Source: Chiloscyllium plagiosum (Eukaryota). Taken from it: a stretch of 64,000 nucleotides of DNA. Shown in pieces: positions 13,190-25,984 of this stretch. The number at the start of each line of letters is the position of its first letter. The stretch's first letter is position 1. A model generated the notes under the pieces. That model was not told where the DNA came from. It searched no databases and saw only the letters and a program-made list of their open reading frames with translations. Location: positions 81,200,714 to 81,264,713 of the forward strand of contig NC_057711.1 in assembly GCF_004010195.1 (NCBI RefSeq). The letters run 5' to 3'. A program made the translations under genes and the position numbers.

Positions 13190-13960
13190 CCAAATAAATC
13201 AGGGCAGGACTTATACACTTTATGGTAAGGTCCTGGGGAGTGTTGCTGAACAAAGAGACCTTGGAGTGCAGGTTCATAGCTCCTTGAAAGTGGAGCCGCA
13301 GATAGATAGGATAGTGAAGAAGGCATTTGGAATGCTTTCCTCTATTGGTCAGAGCAGTGAGTGAGATTTTGGGAAGTCATGTTGCGGCTGTACAGGACAT
13401 TGGTTAGGCCACTTTTGGAATATTTCATACAATTCTAGTCTCCCTCCTATAGTAAGGATGTTGTGGAACTGAAAAGGGTTCAGAAAAGATTTCCAAGGAT
13501 GTTGCCTGGGTTGAAGGTTTTGAGCTTTAGGGGGAGAATAAATAGGCTGGGGCTATTTTCCCCAGAATGTCAGAGGTTGAGACGTGACCTTATAGAGGTT
13601 TATAAAATCATAAGGGGCATGGAAAGTATAAATAGACAAGGTCTTTTCCCTGGGGTGTGGGAGTCCAGAACTAGAGGGTATGGTTTAGGGTGACAAGGGA
13701 AAGATTGAAAGGGGGCCTAAGGGGCAGCTTTTTCATGCAAAGGATGGTACGTATATGGAATGAGCTGCCAGAGGAAGTGGTGGAGGCTGGTACAATTATA
13801 ATATTTAAAAGGCATTTGGATGGGTACATGAATAGGAAGGGTTCAGAGGGATATGGGCCAAGTGCTGGTAAATGAGACTAGATTAGGATATTTGGTCAGT
13901 ATGGACAAGTTGGACCGAAGGTACTGTTTACATGCTGTACATCTCTCAGACTCTATCACT
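13190..13960 (+). mobile_element. CR1 LINE 3' end
   Basis: VQKRFPRMLPGL...RLGLFS...DLIEVYKII...WNELPEEVVEAG and 3' UTR ttggaccgaagg. Confidence 0.9.
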
Positions 13961-14696
13961 TTAAACCATGGAGCATATAATACTTTTACTTATAAACTTT
14001 AACTTTTTTCCACCTCCACCTCTCTGTCCTCTAACCTATTTCCTTTTATGGGAATTGAATGCATGTTTTAAGTTCTTCATAAGTTTTATACTTTATTTGA
14101 GTGAATTTACAGAGAAACAAAATCCTTACATTTATTAACTCAAGAGATCTGTTTGGACTCTCCATGTATATTTACACATGGTCAAGAAAAAAAGAACATT
14201 TTACAATTAGAATTCTATTATAACCAAACTTGGGAGTGCAAAGAAAGGGATTTATTCATCCTTCTGGACTTGGGTGTAACAAAAGACAATTAAATATTGG
14301 AATAAGCAAATAAGCTGTTTAAACTAGGAGTACGCCATTACAAAAACACTGATAGTCAATATGCTTTTTGATAGAAAATTATTGTATCCCTATCCATTTC
14401 TCCCCATCTCTGCCTCTCCCTGAGGTTTTGTCTTCTCTTTACTTGCAAGGAGATAAATCAGAAATATTTTATTGTTAGAAAGGCTCGTGTAGGGAAGACA
14501 TATATGGAGGGTCACTGAGAAGCATGCTTATAAAACAAATCTTTCCACATTTATACAAAAGTCAATAATTATCATAATGCATTTCCTTAGTGTCTGTCTT
14601 CCATGTTCCTTCACCTGTCCCTGTGATCCTATGCACTGCATCAGGATGCTCAGGGCTTGAGTCCTGCTATTGTCCCCCGCAATTAGAGTTGGCTGG

Positions 14697-14900
14697 AACA
14701 AAAAACAGAAAATGCCTGAAATGTTAAATATGTCTGAGATCACCTGTGGAGGCCAAAACAAAGTTACCATTTCAAGGTTGTGACTTATCATCAGAACTGC
14801 TAATGCCAACACATCCTGAGGCATTCCTTACACTATTTTCCCAGTTCTGATGAAAGGTCATAGACTTGAAACATACCTGTGCTCTTCTTTCCACAACTGC
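14697..14900. mobile_element. Old inverted pair of Penelope terminal repeats with two degenerate hammerhead cores
   Basis: Plus core CTGATGA-A-AGGTC-ATA-GACTT-GAAACATA at 14847-14875 and an antisense copy at about 14766-14794. Flanks resemble the repeat ends at 53820-53920 and 63825-63922. Confidence 0.6.
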
Positions 14901-14908
14901 TAAATGTA

Positions 14909-14982
14909 GGTCCATTAACTCAGATGGTTAGAGTGTGGTGCTAATAACGCCAAGGTTGTGGGTTCAATTCTCACACTGACCA
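14909..14982 (+). pseudogene. tRNA-Ile(AAT) pseudogene
   Basis: ggtccattaactcagatggttagagtgtggtgctAATaacgccaaggttgtgggttcaattctcacactgacca is collinear with vertebrate tRNA-Ile-AAT (anticodon 14943-14945). Many differences are CpG-type transitions affecting the T-arm, and no oligo-T terminator follows. Confidence 0.85.
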
Positions 14983-15044
14983 AGCATAGTGTTCAGGTTT
15001 GCAAGTGAGCGATGCTGGCAGTGTTTGGGTGGGTTGTTGCTTTA

Positions 15045-15330
15045 TTAGGGTGTCTCAGTGGTTAATGCTGCTGTCTTGCAGTGTCAGGGACCTTGGTTTG
15101 ATTCCAGCCTCAGGTGACTGTCTGTATGGAGTTTGCACATTCTCCCTGTGTCTGCGTGGGTTTCCTCCCACAGTCCAAAGATGTGCAGGTCAGGTGAATT
15201 GGCCTTGCTAAATTGACCATAGTGTTAGGTGCATTAGTCGGACGGAAATGGTTCTGGTTGGGTTACCGTTTGGAGGGTCGGTGTGGATTGGTTGGGCCGA
15301 AGGGCCTGTTTCCACACTAATCTAATCTAA
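15045..15330 (+). mobile_element. HE1-type SINE
   Basis: Degenerate A/B boxes, core ggagtttgcacattctccc, tail gggccgaagggcctgtttccacact plus aatct repeats. Confidence 0.9.
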
Positions 15331-16579
15331 TTCCTGATCACTTCCAATATTTTACATTTTTATTTAACATTTCCTATAAGTACAGTATTTCATATTTGTA
15401 TTAATGCTGAAAGCATTGAAATAAATGGAAACAAAGTCTGTGCAATCAATGCACAACAGGTTACTCATGCATTGTGATCTCCAGTCCATTTTTAATTCTA
15501 TCAAATTTAGCCCCCTTAATTTTAGCGTTAAGAAAGATTAAGTGAGTCCTATTCATCCAATCAAATGTGCCAATCAATTTTGACAAACACCCATCACAAA
15601 TTACTGATGATAAAATTATTTTGCATAATTTGACCAGTTCAGAACAACCAAGCCTTATTAAAATATACTTTTTGTAACTTTGTATTCCTTAAAACCATAG
15701 TTGGTTAAAGAGAGTTTGGTCTATAAAACCACCTTAATATTCTGGCAATGACTTTCCTCATAAGCTATGTAAGTGGTTTCATAAACATAATAATGACCAA
15801 TCCGTTTAGCCTCAGGACCAATTGAGTGACATTATTTGGCATTTTTGGTGGCCTCCATCCAAAGGACCATTTGGTGGCCAATGGTTGTCAGGAAATGTCT
15901 TTTTCTTGATTTCTCTTGGAGTGCTTCATCATTGGGATTATAACTCTAAAGAAGGTATTTAAGTACAGTATATCACCAAACCAAACACATGTTTCTCTCT
16001 CTCTCTTTCTGTTATGGGCTGTCTTCTGCAATGAGAACATTCGGAAGATATGAGTGAGGTGACAGTGGGTGGCATGGCTCTTGGTGTTGGTGCATGTCCA
16101 GGAAAACTGGTGAAATCTACTGAAGGACTGAAGACTGAGGACACAGCATAGAGGGCATGCAGGTTTATGGTGTGGGAGGCTGGGGGTTTATACCAGATGT
16201 TGCACAAAAACTGGTGAAGATTTTTTGCAGAGTGCTAAAATCATAAAGTCACAAATAAGATCAAGGCTGGAAACTGGTGAAGGTGTACATGGACAAGAAT
16301 CATATAAATACCAGTTTGGCTTTAGTTTCAGGCCAAAGATCTGCAGAGGTGAACAGAGCCTAGTCAGTCAGTTCACACCTACATCATTAATATATTGCCT
16401 ACCTGGAATTGCTTGTCTTCACTTTGGTACAAAGACTAGAACATTAGCTAGAAATGGGAACTCGCAAGGAGGATTTGTGGGTGTCTGTAACCTTTAACTA
16501 AATCTATATTAAAGACTACTGAGTTAACTAGAGTCAATGTGATGAGAAATTCTTTGTTTTGTTTGGACACATTCAATTT

Positions 16580-16760
16580 AATTTTGATTTGATCTGATTT
16601 GATCTGATTTATTATTTTCACATGTACCTAAGTACAGTAAAATATTCTGTTTTGCATGGTGTACAGGCAGCTTATGACATACAAAAAACCCCTACAGACA
16701 CTAGAGTGATTGAACAGAGAGAGGCATATAAGGTTACGGACTGACTAAAAATTCTGATTT
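16580..16760 (-). mobile_element. Rex/Babar-type 3' tail
   Basis: ttgatttgatctgatttgatctgatttatt...cacatgtac is the reverse complement of the tail type at 8770-8810. Confidence 0.5.
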
Positions 16761-16899
16761 AAAGTGTGGAACGATTGTAGGAAATGTAAGAATAAGATCT
16801 ACTGTTGAGAGCTTGCAAGGAGTCGGCACCGTCTTGAATATCATTGTAGTTCTAACGTGATTTGCTGAGCATAGGAGAGGGAGAACAAAAGTTTGGCAG

Positions 16900-18100
16900 T
16901 AAAGCTCTCTGTACTTGTCAAAAAAGTACCCTGATAATCACTGGGGATTTTCATCTGCATATAGAGTGGAAAATCAGATGAGCAATTAGTTGGAGTTTAT
17001 AATTGTTTTTGGATAGGTTTTAGAACAGCATGTTCTGGTGCCAACCAGACGGCATTCCATATTAGACATTGTATTCTGTAATAAAACAGGATGAATTAGT
17101 GACATCATATTGAAAGCATTTCTAGGAAGAAACAACCATAATATAATATAACTTTACATACAATTTGAGGAAGAAAAGGGTTTGTTCAAGACTATATTTT
17201 TTAGAAACTAAGAGCAATTATGAGGGCATAAATCAGAAGTAGTTAAAATGAAGCAGTAAATTAGGTTAAGGGATAATCAATAGAGATAAAGTGGCAGTCA
17301 TTTAAAGGGGTATTTCAGGACACAAAGAAAAAATATATTTCAAGGAGAAAGGAAAATAAGACCTGCCATCTGTGGTTAACTAAAAATGTTAAAGATTGTA
17401 TCAAGTGTAAAGAAAAAGCATATCATTATGCAAACATGATGGCAGGTCAAAAGATTGGACAGAATAAGCAAAACCATTAAAGAGCTGAAAGAATATTTTT
17501 GTTCATTTCAAGGGAAATTGAAACAAAAATAAGGAGGTTATACCTCAGTTCTCTAGGACAGTGGTGAGACAATATCTGGAATATGCTGCAGCATTGGCCA
17601 TCTTATTGAATGAAGGGTGTAAATGCATTGAAAATAGTTCAGAGAAGTTTTCCTGGACTAATATCTGGAATGAAGAGGTTGTCTTATGAGGAAAGAATGG
17701 ACAGGTTAGCCTTGACAGTGCTAGAGAGTAGAAGAGTAAGAGGTCACTTGATTGAAAAATGTAAGATCCTGTGGAGCTTTGATGGTGCATAGTGAAAGGA
17801 ACTTCTCTCTTGTGGGAAGTTCTAGACTAAGGAGTGATTTTTTTTTAATTAAAGGGTCGCCCATTTAAGACAAAGATAAGGGAAAAAGAAGTTCTGTCAG
17901 AGGCTTGTGAGTCTTTAGAACTCTCTTCCTCAGAAAATGGTGGAAGCAGAGACATTGAATATTTTTAACGTAGAGGTATATTTTTGATAAGAAAATAGGT
18001 GAAAGCTTATCGGGATAGGCAGAAATGTGGAGTAAATCTTATGGAATAGCAGAGCAGGGTCAGGGAGCTGAATGGCCTACACCTGCTCCTAACTCATGTA
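16900..18100 (+). mobile_element. Old CR1 LINE, internally deleted
   Basis: Endonuclease remnants near 16940-17170, then KIVQRSFPGLISGMKRLSYEERMDRL and 3' UTR ggagctgaatggcctacacctgctcct. Confidence 0.75.
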
Positions 18101-18407
18101 TTTAAATGTCCATTAAAATGAAGGTTCCCTTATTTTCTCTAGTATTAGCATATCATGCAAAGAATTAAATCTTCTGATTTTCAGCCTGTAACTATCTCAT
18201 TACTGTGAAACTGTTTGATCACCGATGGTGTTCCAAGAAGAAGGAGCTTATCCAGGTTTTTTAATTTAACACACCAACGTATAATCCCTAACCTTGTAAA
18301 GCATTTGCTGATTGTAATGAGATAGTCTTGTAGTAATTCCTACCAAAGAAAACTATTTCACTGAAATAAGTTCATGTCAGGAAAACCTCACCAGAACTCA
18401 CTCCATA

Positions 18408-18568
18408 CTGGAGAACCAGAGTCAAAAAATGTGTTGCTGGAAAAGCACAGCAGGTCAGGCAGCATCCAAGGAACAGGAGAGTTGATGTTTCAGGTGTGAC
18501 ATTTTGGGCATAAGCCCTTCGTCAGCCCTTTCTGATGAAGCGCTTATGCTTGAAACATCGATCTCTTG
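18408..18568. mobile_element. Inverted Penelope terminal-repeat pair with two decayed hammerhead cores
   Basis: Same family as 51240-51449. Minus core 18498-18525 (CTGACGA-AGGGCTTATGCCC-AAAATGTC); plus core 18532-18559 (CTGATGA-AGCGCTTATGCTT-GAAACATC). Confidence 0.75.
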
Positions 18569-18779
18569 TCATGATTTCGCAAACCACAACTCTGCAGATA
18601 TTTCCAGGGTGCAGGTGTCACGTCATTTTTAAACTTTTTCAAGCACACAACATCTGAGAGATGTAACTACTATTGAGGACCTCACTGCTGCAACATCAAC
18701 ACTAGTAGCCTATTACAAACAGTCTAAGACACTCCACACAAGCTGCAAAAGGGGACATTAGGAAAGAGCACCTGACTTT

Positions 18780-19640
18780 TTCTTCATTTAATTTTCTATA
18801 AAATGTGGATATTGCTGGCAAGGCCAGGATTTGTGGCCCACCCATTTGGCTTGTTAGACCAGTACAGAGGACAGGTGAGGGTCAACTACAAAGACATAGG
18901 TTTAAGAAATGTCTTTAAAAAGTAGAAAGCTAGAGAAGTCTTGGGAGGGAATTCCACCTTAAGAGTCATGAAGTTGAAAACATAACCATTACTGGTTGAA
19001 TCATAAAACTAAGTGTGTTCAGAGATCTCAGTAGATTTTAGATATGAAGAAGCTTACAGATATAACAATGAACAATGCCATTGAGAAAGTTGAAATGAAT
19101 GATGAATATTTTAATATTGAAACACTGGGGACAGGAAACCAATCTTGCAAGGTGTCAGGAGAACTAGAATATGGGCTGCATAGTTTGGATGAGCTCAAAT
19201 TTACAGAAGATGCCAAGTGAAAGATCAACAAGGAAGGCAGATTAGCTAAAGATACAAATGAGAGTTTTTGCAATAAATGAAACTAAGTAGGGTGAAATGA
19301 ATGATATAGAAATGGAAGCAGCAAGTTTATGATCGATTTGCGATTGGAAGCTCAACTCTAGACAAACTAAGATTGTGAATAAGCTCAGGCTCCAATAATG
19401 GCAGGAGAGGTATGAGTTGTTGGCAAAAAAGATCAGGGATTGTGACAAAGGCCAAAGCAATGATCTAATTTTAATTCTGTAAGCGTATGGGCTGGAATGG
19501 ATTAAATTGACTTCAGCCTTCCAATATTTAATTGGGAGAAAAATCTTTGCATGCAGTTCTGAATGTTGTTCAACAACATGATAAATCTAAGTCAGTGGAG
19601 GTGTGGAGATGTGCAAGTAAGAGCAGACCAAGGATGTCAG
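18780..19640 (-). mobile_element. Very old LINE remnants (L2-like) with a SINE tail fragment at 18780-18890
   Basis: Purine-rich degenerate antisense RT-like sequence; recognition is by resemblance only. Confidence 0.35.
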
Positions 19641-19907
19641 TTGTTCTGTGTGTGTGTGTATGTGTGCGTACGTACGTGAGCACGTGCGCTTAGGTTGCAA
19701 ATTCATATCAATTAAAAATTATTATTAGTACTAGAAGAACAAAACTTTTGTTTAAAACTGTCAACCGATATGAATGTTTTTCTTGGTTACAGTTGGTCTC
19801 CTGGTAGAAGCATAAGGCATGATTTATTATAGTAGTAGTACTGTAATTACATCAGCCTAGATTTTGCTGAAGTGAGAGACATTTCAAAGTATGCCCTGTT
19901 AGACATG

Positions 19908-19990
19908 TTTGAAAATGAACCTTCCAGCTCAGTGAGCAAACCTACATCCAGAACCTCAACCTGAGCTATAAATCTTCTCAAAACTCACTA
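19908..19990 (+). mobile_element. Isolated 3' terminus of a Poseidon-like Penelope repeat
   Basis: gaaaatgaaccttccagctcagtgagcaaac matches the reverse complement of 21576-21607, and its distal part resembles the reverse complement of 62522-62560. Confidence 0.7.
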
Positions 19991-20654
19991 ATGTTTGTTT
20001 ATATTTTTTAAAATATTTGCCCACAAATTTTCTGGAAGAGTAAACTGATAACAGTGTAATGTTTGCCCATCTGGGACTTTGGTAAACACTAAGACAAACA
20101 ATGTATCGCCTTTATCAGTGAGATAAAGGAAATGAGAACCAAAAAGTGGAAAAACTAAGAAGAAGTTTGAATTACAGTGAATAATTCCAATATAAAATCA
20201 GGTACAATTTGATAAATAATGACAGAGAAAGGAAGATTGAGTTAAGAGGGAATAAAGAAAGACACAAAAAGGAAAAGTATCATTCCTGTTTTTAAAAATT
20301 TGACATATTTAAAATTTTCAGCAACACACTTAATAAACTAATCGATGAAGACTCCACATTTATAATTGTTTACTTTCTGGGCATGAATTATAGAATTAAA
20401 GCAAGGCTTTAGGAAGAGGCCACTCAGCTCTATTACACGTGCATGCCAACATCCCGCAAAAACAACACAGCCAATCACTTGTTTTGCCTTAACCCACCAA
20501 TTTGTTCCTCTACAGATAATTTTGCAGTTTCTAAAGCCGCTACAAAATCTGACTATTCATTCCATAATTTTTTTTCACTCATGTTACCTTTGGTTCTTCT
20601 GCTGTTCAACTTAAAGTCCTCCTTTTTTTAATTGTGGGAACATTTTTTCTGGTT

Positions 20655-21000
20655 GAGCTGAGGATATAGTGAAAATGTCACTGGACTAGTAAGCCAGAAC
20701 TCCAGCTAATATTCTGGCAGCATGAGTGTGAATCTGACAGATGGTGAAATCTGAATTCAATAGAAAAATGAAATTTAAAAAATTAGCCTAATGGTGACCT
20801 TGTAACCATTCTCAAATGTAAACAAAAAACTACCAGGTCATTATGGAAGGAAATTTGCCTTCTTTACCTGGTCCAGCATAGATATGATTCCAGACCCACT
20901 GTAGTGTGATTGACTCTTATCTGCCCTCTGGGCAATTACAAATGGGCAATAAATGCTGATCTAGTCAATGATGCCTACATTTCATGAACGAATGAAATAA
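20655..21000 (+). mobile_element. Old SINE (second family) with LINE-shared head and tail
   Basis: The 5' part aligns by eye with 7741-7960; the 3' tail is gggcaattacaaatgggcaataaatgctg. Confidence 0.7.
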
Positions 21001-21164
21001 ATTCTGTCCATGTCACACATGATTTTGAATACCTCAACTGAATTATCACTGAATCTTTTCTTCTCTCAGAAGCTCAACTACCCACATAATTGAAGTCCCT
21101 CATTCCTGGAACAATTCTTGTAAGTCTTTTCCGTGCCCTCTCGAATGCCTTCATGTTCTTTTTA

Positions 21165-21440
21165 AGTAACACTTTGGTGTAATTATCTGCTCAGCAATGT
21201 GGAAAATTTCCCAGGAATGCCCTGTGTACAAAAAGCTGGACAAATTCAACCCAACCAACCACCAACCCATTAGTCTATTCTCAATCATTAGTAAAATTAC
21301 TGTAAGCGTCACCGACACTGCTATGAAGCAGCACTTGTTTATCAATAATCTGCTAAGTGACGCCCATTTTGGGTTCATCCAGGGCCATTCCAATCCTGAC
21401 CTCATTCTAGCCTTTGTTCAAATGTGGACAGTAAAGGTGG
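21165..21440 (+). mobile_element. CR1/L2-group RT fragment
   Basis: WKISQECPVYKKLDKFNPTNHQPISLFSIISK...LLSDAHFGFIQGHS. Confidence 0.75.
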
Positions 21441-21564
21441 CTTCATAACCATCTTAAGTTTTTGATCAATTCCTATTTTTGTTTCAAATCTCCAGCAGTT
21501 CATTAATTTATTTTAACCTGAAACTGTACTGTTGGCTTCCTCAATAGGGAAGTTACAAGATGAG

Positions 21565-22895
21565 TGTGAGAATAAAGTTTGCTTGCTGAGCTGGAAGGTT
21601 CGTTTTCAGACATTTCATCACCAAACTAGGTAACATCATCAGTGAGCCTTTGGCGAAGCACTGATCGTATGACCCACTTTCTATTTATGTGTTTAAGTTT
21701 CCTTGGGTTGGTAATGTCATTTTCTGTGTAATGTCATTTCCTGTTCTTTTTCTCAAGGGGTGGTAAATGAGATATCCAAGTCAATGTTTTTGTTGATAGA
21801 GTTCCAGATGGAGTGCCATGCTTCTAGGAATTCTCAAACATTTGGCTTGTCCTAGGATAGATGTGTTGTCCCAGTCAAAGTGGTGTCCTTCCTCATCTGT
21901 AGGTAAAGATATTAATAAGAGTGGATCATGTCTTTTTTGTGACTAGTTGATGTTCATGCCTCCTCATGGCTAGTTTTCTGCCTGTTTGTCCAATGTAGTA
22001 TTTGTTACAGTTCTTGCAAGGTACTTTGCAAACAACATTTGTTTTGCTTGTTGTCTGTATAGGAATGTTCAAATTGTTTTAGTGTGTTGGTGAGTTTGTG
22101 GGCTACTATGATGCCCAGAGGTCTGAGCAGTCTGGCACTCATTTCTGAGATGTGTTTGATAAAGGAGAGAGTGGCTAGGTTTTTGATGTGTTTTGTCTGC
22201 TTGTTTGGGTTTGTTGCTGAGAAATCGGTGGACTGCATTCTTTGGGTGCCTGTTCTTTTCGAATACACTGTATAAGTGATTTTCCTCTGCTCTTCATTGT
22301 TCCTCTGTGCTGCAGTGCATGGTGGCTCGTTGAAATAATGTTCTAATGCAGCTTTGGTTGTGGGTGTTGAGATAATTGCTTCTGTAGTTCAGTATTTGGT
22401 CCGTATGTGTTGTTTTCCTGTAGACACAGGTTTGAAGTTCCCCATTGGCTGTTCGCTCTACTGCGACATCGAGGACTAGCAGTTTGTTATTGTTTTCCTC
22501 CTCTTTAGTGACTTTTATGCCAGTAAGGATATTATTGATAGTCTTGAAGGTTTCCTCTAATTTGTTTCATTTAGTAATGACAAATGTGTTATCCATGTAG
22601 CGAACCCAAAGTGTGGGTTGGATGGTTGACAGAGCTGTTTGCTTGAGACTCTGCATTACTGCCTCTGCTAAGAACCCTGACATCAGAGATCCCAAGGGTG
22701 TTCCATTGGTTTGTCTGTAGGTTTTGTTGTTGAAGGTGAAGTGGGTAGTAAGGCATACGTCCACTAGCTTGACGATATTGTCCTTGCTGATGACGTTACT
22801 CGTGTTTGGTGTGTGTGTCTTTGGTTCTTCTAATAGTGTAGTCGGTATTTCCTTGGCCAGGTTGATGTTGACGGATGTGAATAGGGCTGTGTCAG
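21565..22895 (-). mobile_element. Penelope-like element (Poseidon-like): RT, GIY-YIG endonuclease and 3' repeat with hammerhead
   Basis: YRQTNGTPLGSLMSGFLAEAVM...WVRYMDNTFVI; GIY-YIG remnant VPCKNCNKYYIGQTGRKL near 21975-22025; hammerhead core on minus at 21609-21642. Confidence 0.9.
21609..21642 (-). ncRNA. Minimal hammerhead ribozyme motif, slightly decayed
   Basis: CTGATGA-T-GTTACC-TAGTTT-GGTGAT-GAAA-TG-TC. Stem II pairs with G-U wobbles; the ACGT palindrome has decayed to ATGT. Confidence 0.65.
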
Positions 22896-23099
22896 TGTGT
22901 GAGGCTCGCATCAGTGCTTAACTGTTTGAGGGTGATGTAGCACATGAGAATGTCAGACACGAGCCCTGATTACTGAGAGGTGGGTATTGGGGCTGTGACA
23001 TGTTGAGAAGTGGTGAGATGTTGCTGAGGCATTGGTTAGGAGAGATCCTTTGGAAATGAATTCACTGACTTTGACCATTATAGTGACATTTTGCAATGG

Positions 23100-23346
23100 C
23101 ATTGTTATTATGGCATCCAGGTAGATCCAGCCAGATTCTGGGAATTGACTATGGTGTCACCTACTGCCATTCCCTGTGCGCCTCAAGGTCCTCCTCACCC
23201 CTGTGGTGGCAGCAGATTGCTCCTCATTTCCATCACCACTACTTGTATCTAAGATGGCACCATGAGGGGCAACATTGTAAACTTTTCACTGTACTCTTGT
23301 ACTTTTGTACTTGAGTGCATGTGACATAAACTGAATTCTAATTCTA
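23100..23346 (+). mobile_element. Non-coding element with Rex/Babar-type tail
   Basis: aagatggcacc...ggcaaca...ttttcactgta...catgtgacataaa plus aattct repeats; resembles the reverse complement of 61095-61190. Confidence 0.5.
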
Positions 23347-25984
23347 AGACCTCGAGTGGAACACCTGAGAATCTGAGAGCCCTCTCTTTGATTTCTTGTT
23401 CCATTTTTATCTTCTCATTTCCATCGAAGTTTTTCTGAAAATATTCTAATAATTATGGTAGCGTGGGATCACTAACACGTTCCGAAGTACAGGCTAGCTT
23501 TTGATTTTACTAACCACAATTGTAAGGATCACTGCTGAATGTGGAGTCAATTGTCAGAATATTTTCTGAAGACCTTTGTGTTGTAATGATGAGCAGGCAG
23601 TGTCAACTTGCATGCTGCCTTTCTTAAAGGGACCATGCATGTAGTTATCACAAATCACAATCCCCCTGCCTGAATATGAGCTTTTTCCAATTCTTAATTA
23701 ATCATCTTGCTTTCACCTGCCTTCCCAGGCAAAATATTCCAAGCTGCAACAGTCTTTGCTGTAAAGAGATTTCTCTGAAATGTCTTTTATTGATAATTTT
23801 GAATTTTGGCCTCTCCGCTTTGCTTTTTCACTGTTCAAAAATGAGCCACTGCCTTCAATAATTTTGTTCATTTAGAATTTATTTTGTACTTAAAATGGTT
23901 AATAAGATTACAGGATTTTGTGGGTTTTTTACTTAGAGTTTGTGCAGTCTGTGAATTTGTAAAAATATAACTCAGTAATATTCCTGATTCTATGCATTTC
24001 TATAGAAAAGCTGGTAGATTTTGTTTTCAAAATTCAGCAGAAATGGATATAAATTGTACTTACTTTTTTTTTTCTAATGTCCCTAGTATAGTCTCAACAA
24101 GCATGAACCCCAATTGTAAAGGTCACCAAGCACATTGGAAAATTTCCCCAGTTCCTTGATCAAAGTGCGCTGCCACAATTGCAATCAGGATGGGAGAACA
24201 TCTGTAGAAAGTTGGATGGATTTCATCCTGAATGGAAACATTATTTTTGTTCAGCTAGGAGCTGTCATCACTTTCCCAAAAGGAAAGGTTATGCCAGGTC
24301 TGACAAAAGATGTAGACACTTGTAATTACTGCCCACAGTGGTCAGGCAAACACAATCCTTTTAAATGTTAGCTTGTGTTCTGTACTTATACCTGTGGGAC
24401 CTAATGGTACAGATGTAATGTGGCCTAACCTGTTTGTTTAAGTGAGATCTTTTAACGTTAAGACCTTCCAGCACTGATTTAAACCAACTGAGCTAAATCA
24501 ACAGTTACCTTGAGCCAGAGCCTTGGAGAGCAATTACAGTCATTGCTTAGATTTTGAACCTAATATGCTCTGTCAGTATGAATGATTTGTGTTTATTGTA
24601 CGACAGTCTCATTTCCTGGGCACAAAGTTGTGAAATTTGATGCAGTGCTAAGAACGAAAAAAAATCGCATGATTGAAAATATTTGACCTCAGCACATTTG
24701 CAAGTATGAAAGTACATATGTCTAAACGACCATTTTGGTTTGTAGTACAAAGTTGTATTGATGTTGGCAGCTGAAGTTTCCCCAATCCCAAAGCCACATG
24801 AATGGTTTCTAGTTTCAGCCAAAAAATGTTTTCCACATGCTTTAGTGTGGGCCGATTTACAAAGCAGATTTTTGTGGAGACAGCGGCCAAGGGATTCATA
24901 AAGAATTGCCTTCTTTGGGGTCCAGGAAACCACAACAGACACATTTCTAAAGCAATCTAATTATCCGCTTGAATATTTTTCCAGATGTATCCAATGTCTA
25001 AAAATATTATAATGAAAAAGGTATTATTAAATGCCATGGACCAAATCAGTGACATAAAAGAGCTCTGTTTGTCTTGAGAAAACGTTAAGACATTTCCTCA
25101 TTGTATTTCTGAAACTGGGCCTGAAATACTGAAAACAAAATAGAACACTCAAGGGAAAGGCTAATAGCAGTATCAGATTTGAACTAGTTGATAAATAAAG
25201 GAGAGATTGTCCGAGTTTGTCATTGTAACTTCCAAATATCTGTGCATAGTCTGAAAAGAAAAACAAATACAAGCTATTGATTCTAGATTAGACAAGTCAG
25301 TCTCTTGGGTCAGTCTGATTCAGGTTTTTTTGTTGCCAGGAAGTGGTGCTGTTTTTAAGTATTATGGAGATGGTAATATCATATTTTTATGTCTATGCTA
25401 GTCCCTTAGATCAAAACAAAATCACTGCAACTGAGCTGTGTCCCAAGATGATTTCTATTTTATGATCTGCTCAGCAAGCCTAGTTAGATCTGTCAGAGCT
25501 TTGCTAGGAGTACTGTGTTCCCTGGGTGGAGTCATTTAACTAAACTACCAGTGGATCTGCTGTTTGTAGAGACAAAACTGTTCCAGAACTGACCCTGCAG
25601 CAAAACTTCCTGAGCGTGACCATGTAGTGTGCTACGGTATCTACTTTGGCAACTTATCGCTCTTAAAAAAAACAAATCTCCATTGTTCAGTTATCTTTTT
25701 ATGCTTGCAGAAAAGAAATTTGAAATTTAGTTTATAATTTATAGAAAACTTGATTTCCACAGATTTCAGCTACACTTAAAAGTTAGACATGATTACTGTT
25801 CAAACTGTATAAATATCCTAGAATTTATTTGAAGTCAACTATTCATAGATTTATATGGTGCCAAAAGAGACAATTCAGCCCATTGTATGTGTGCAGATCT
25901 TCTAAAAGAGCTATCAATTACTCTCATTCACCTATTCTATCTTGAAAGTACTGCAAATGCATCATCTTTTAATTGTATTTCCCT

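Noticed and set aside
19646..19690. (TG)n grading into cgtacgtacg
   Set aside because: Ordinary microsatellite decay.
24064..24227. Minus-strand segment between a ttccattcag acceptor and a gtaagt donor
   Set aside because: All three frames contain stops; the best has an internal TGA and I see no support for recoding.
24547..24944. 131-aa and 98-aa minus ORFs
   Set aside because: No recognisable domain or clear splice structure; lengths are compatible with chance.
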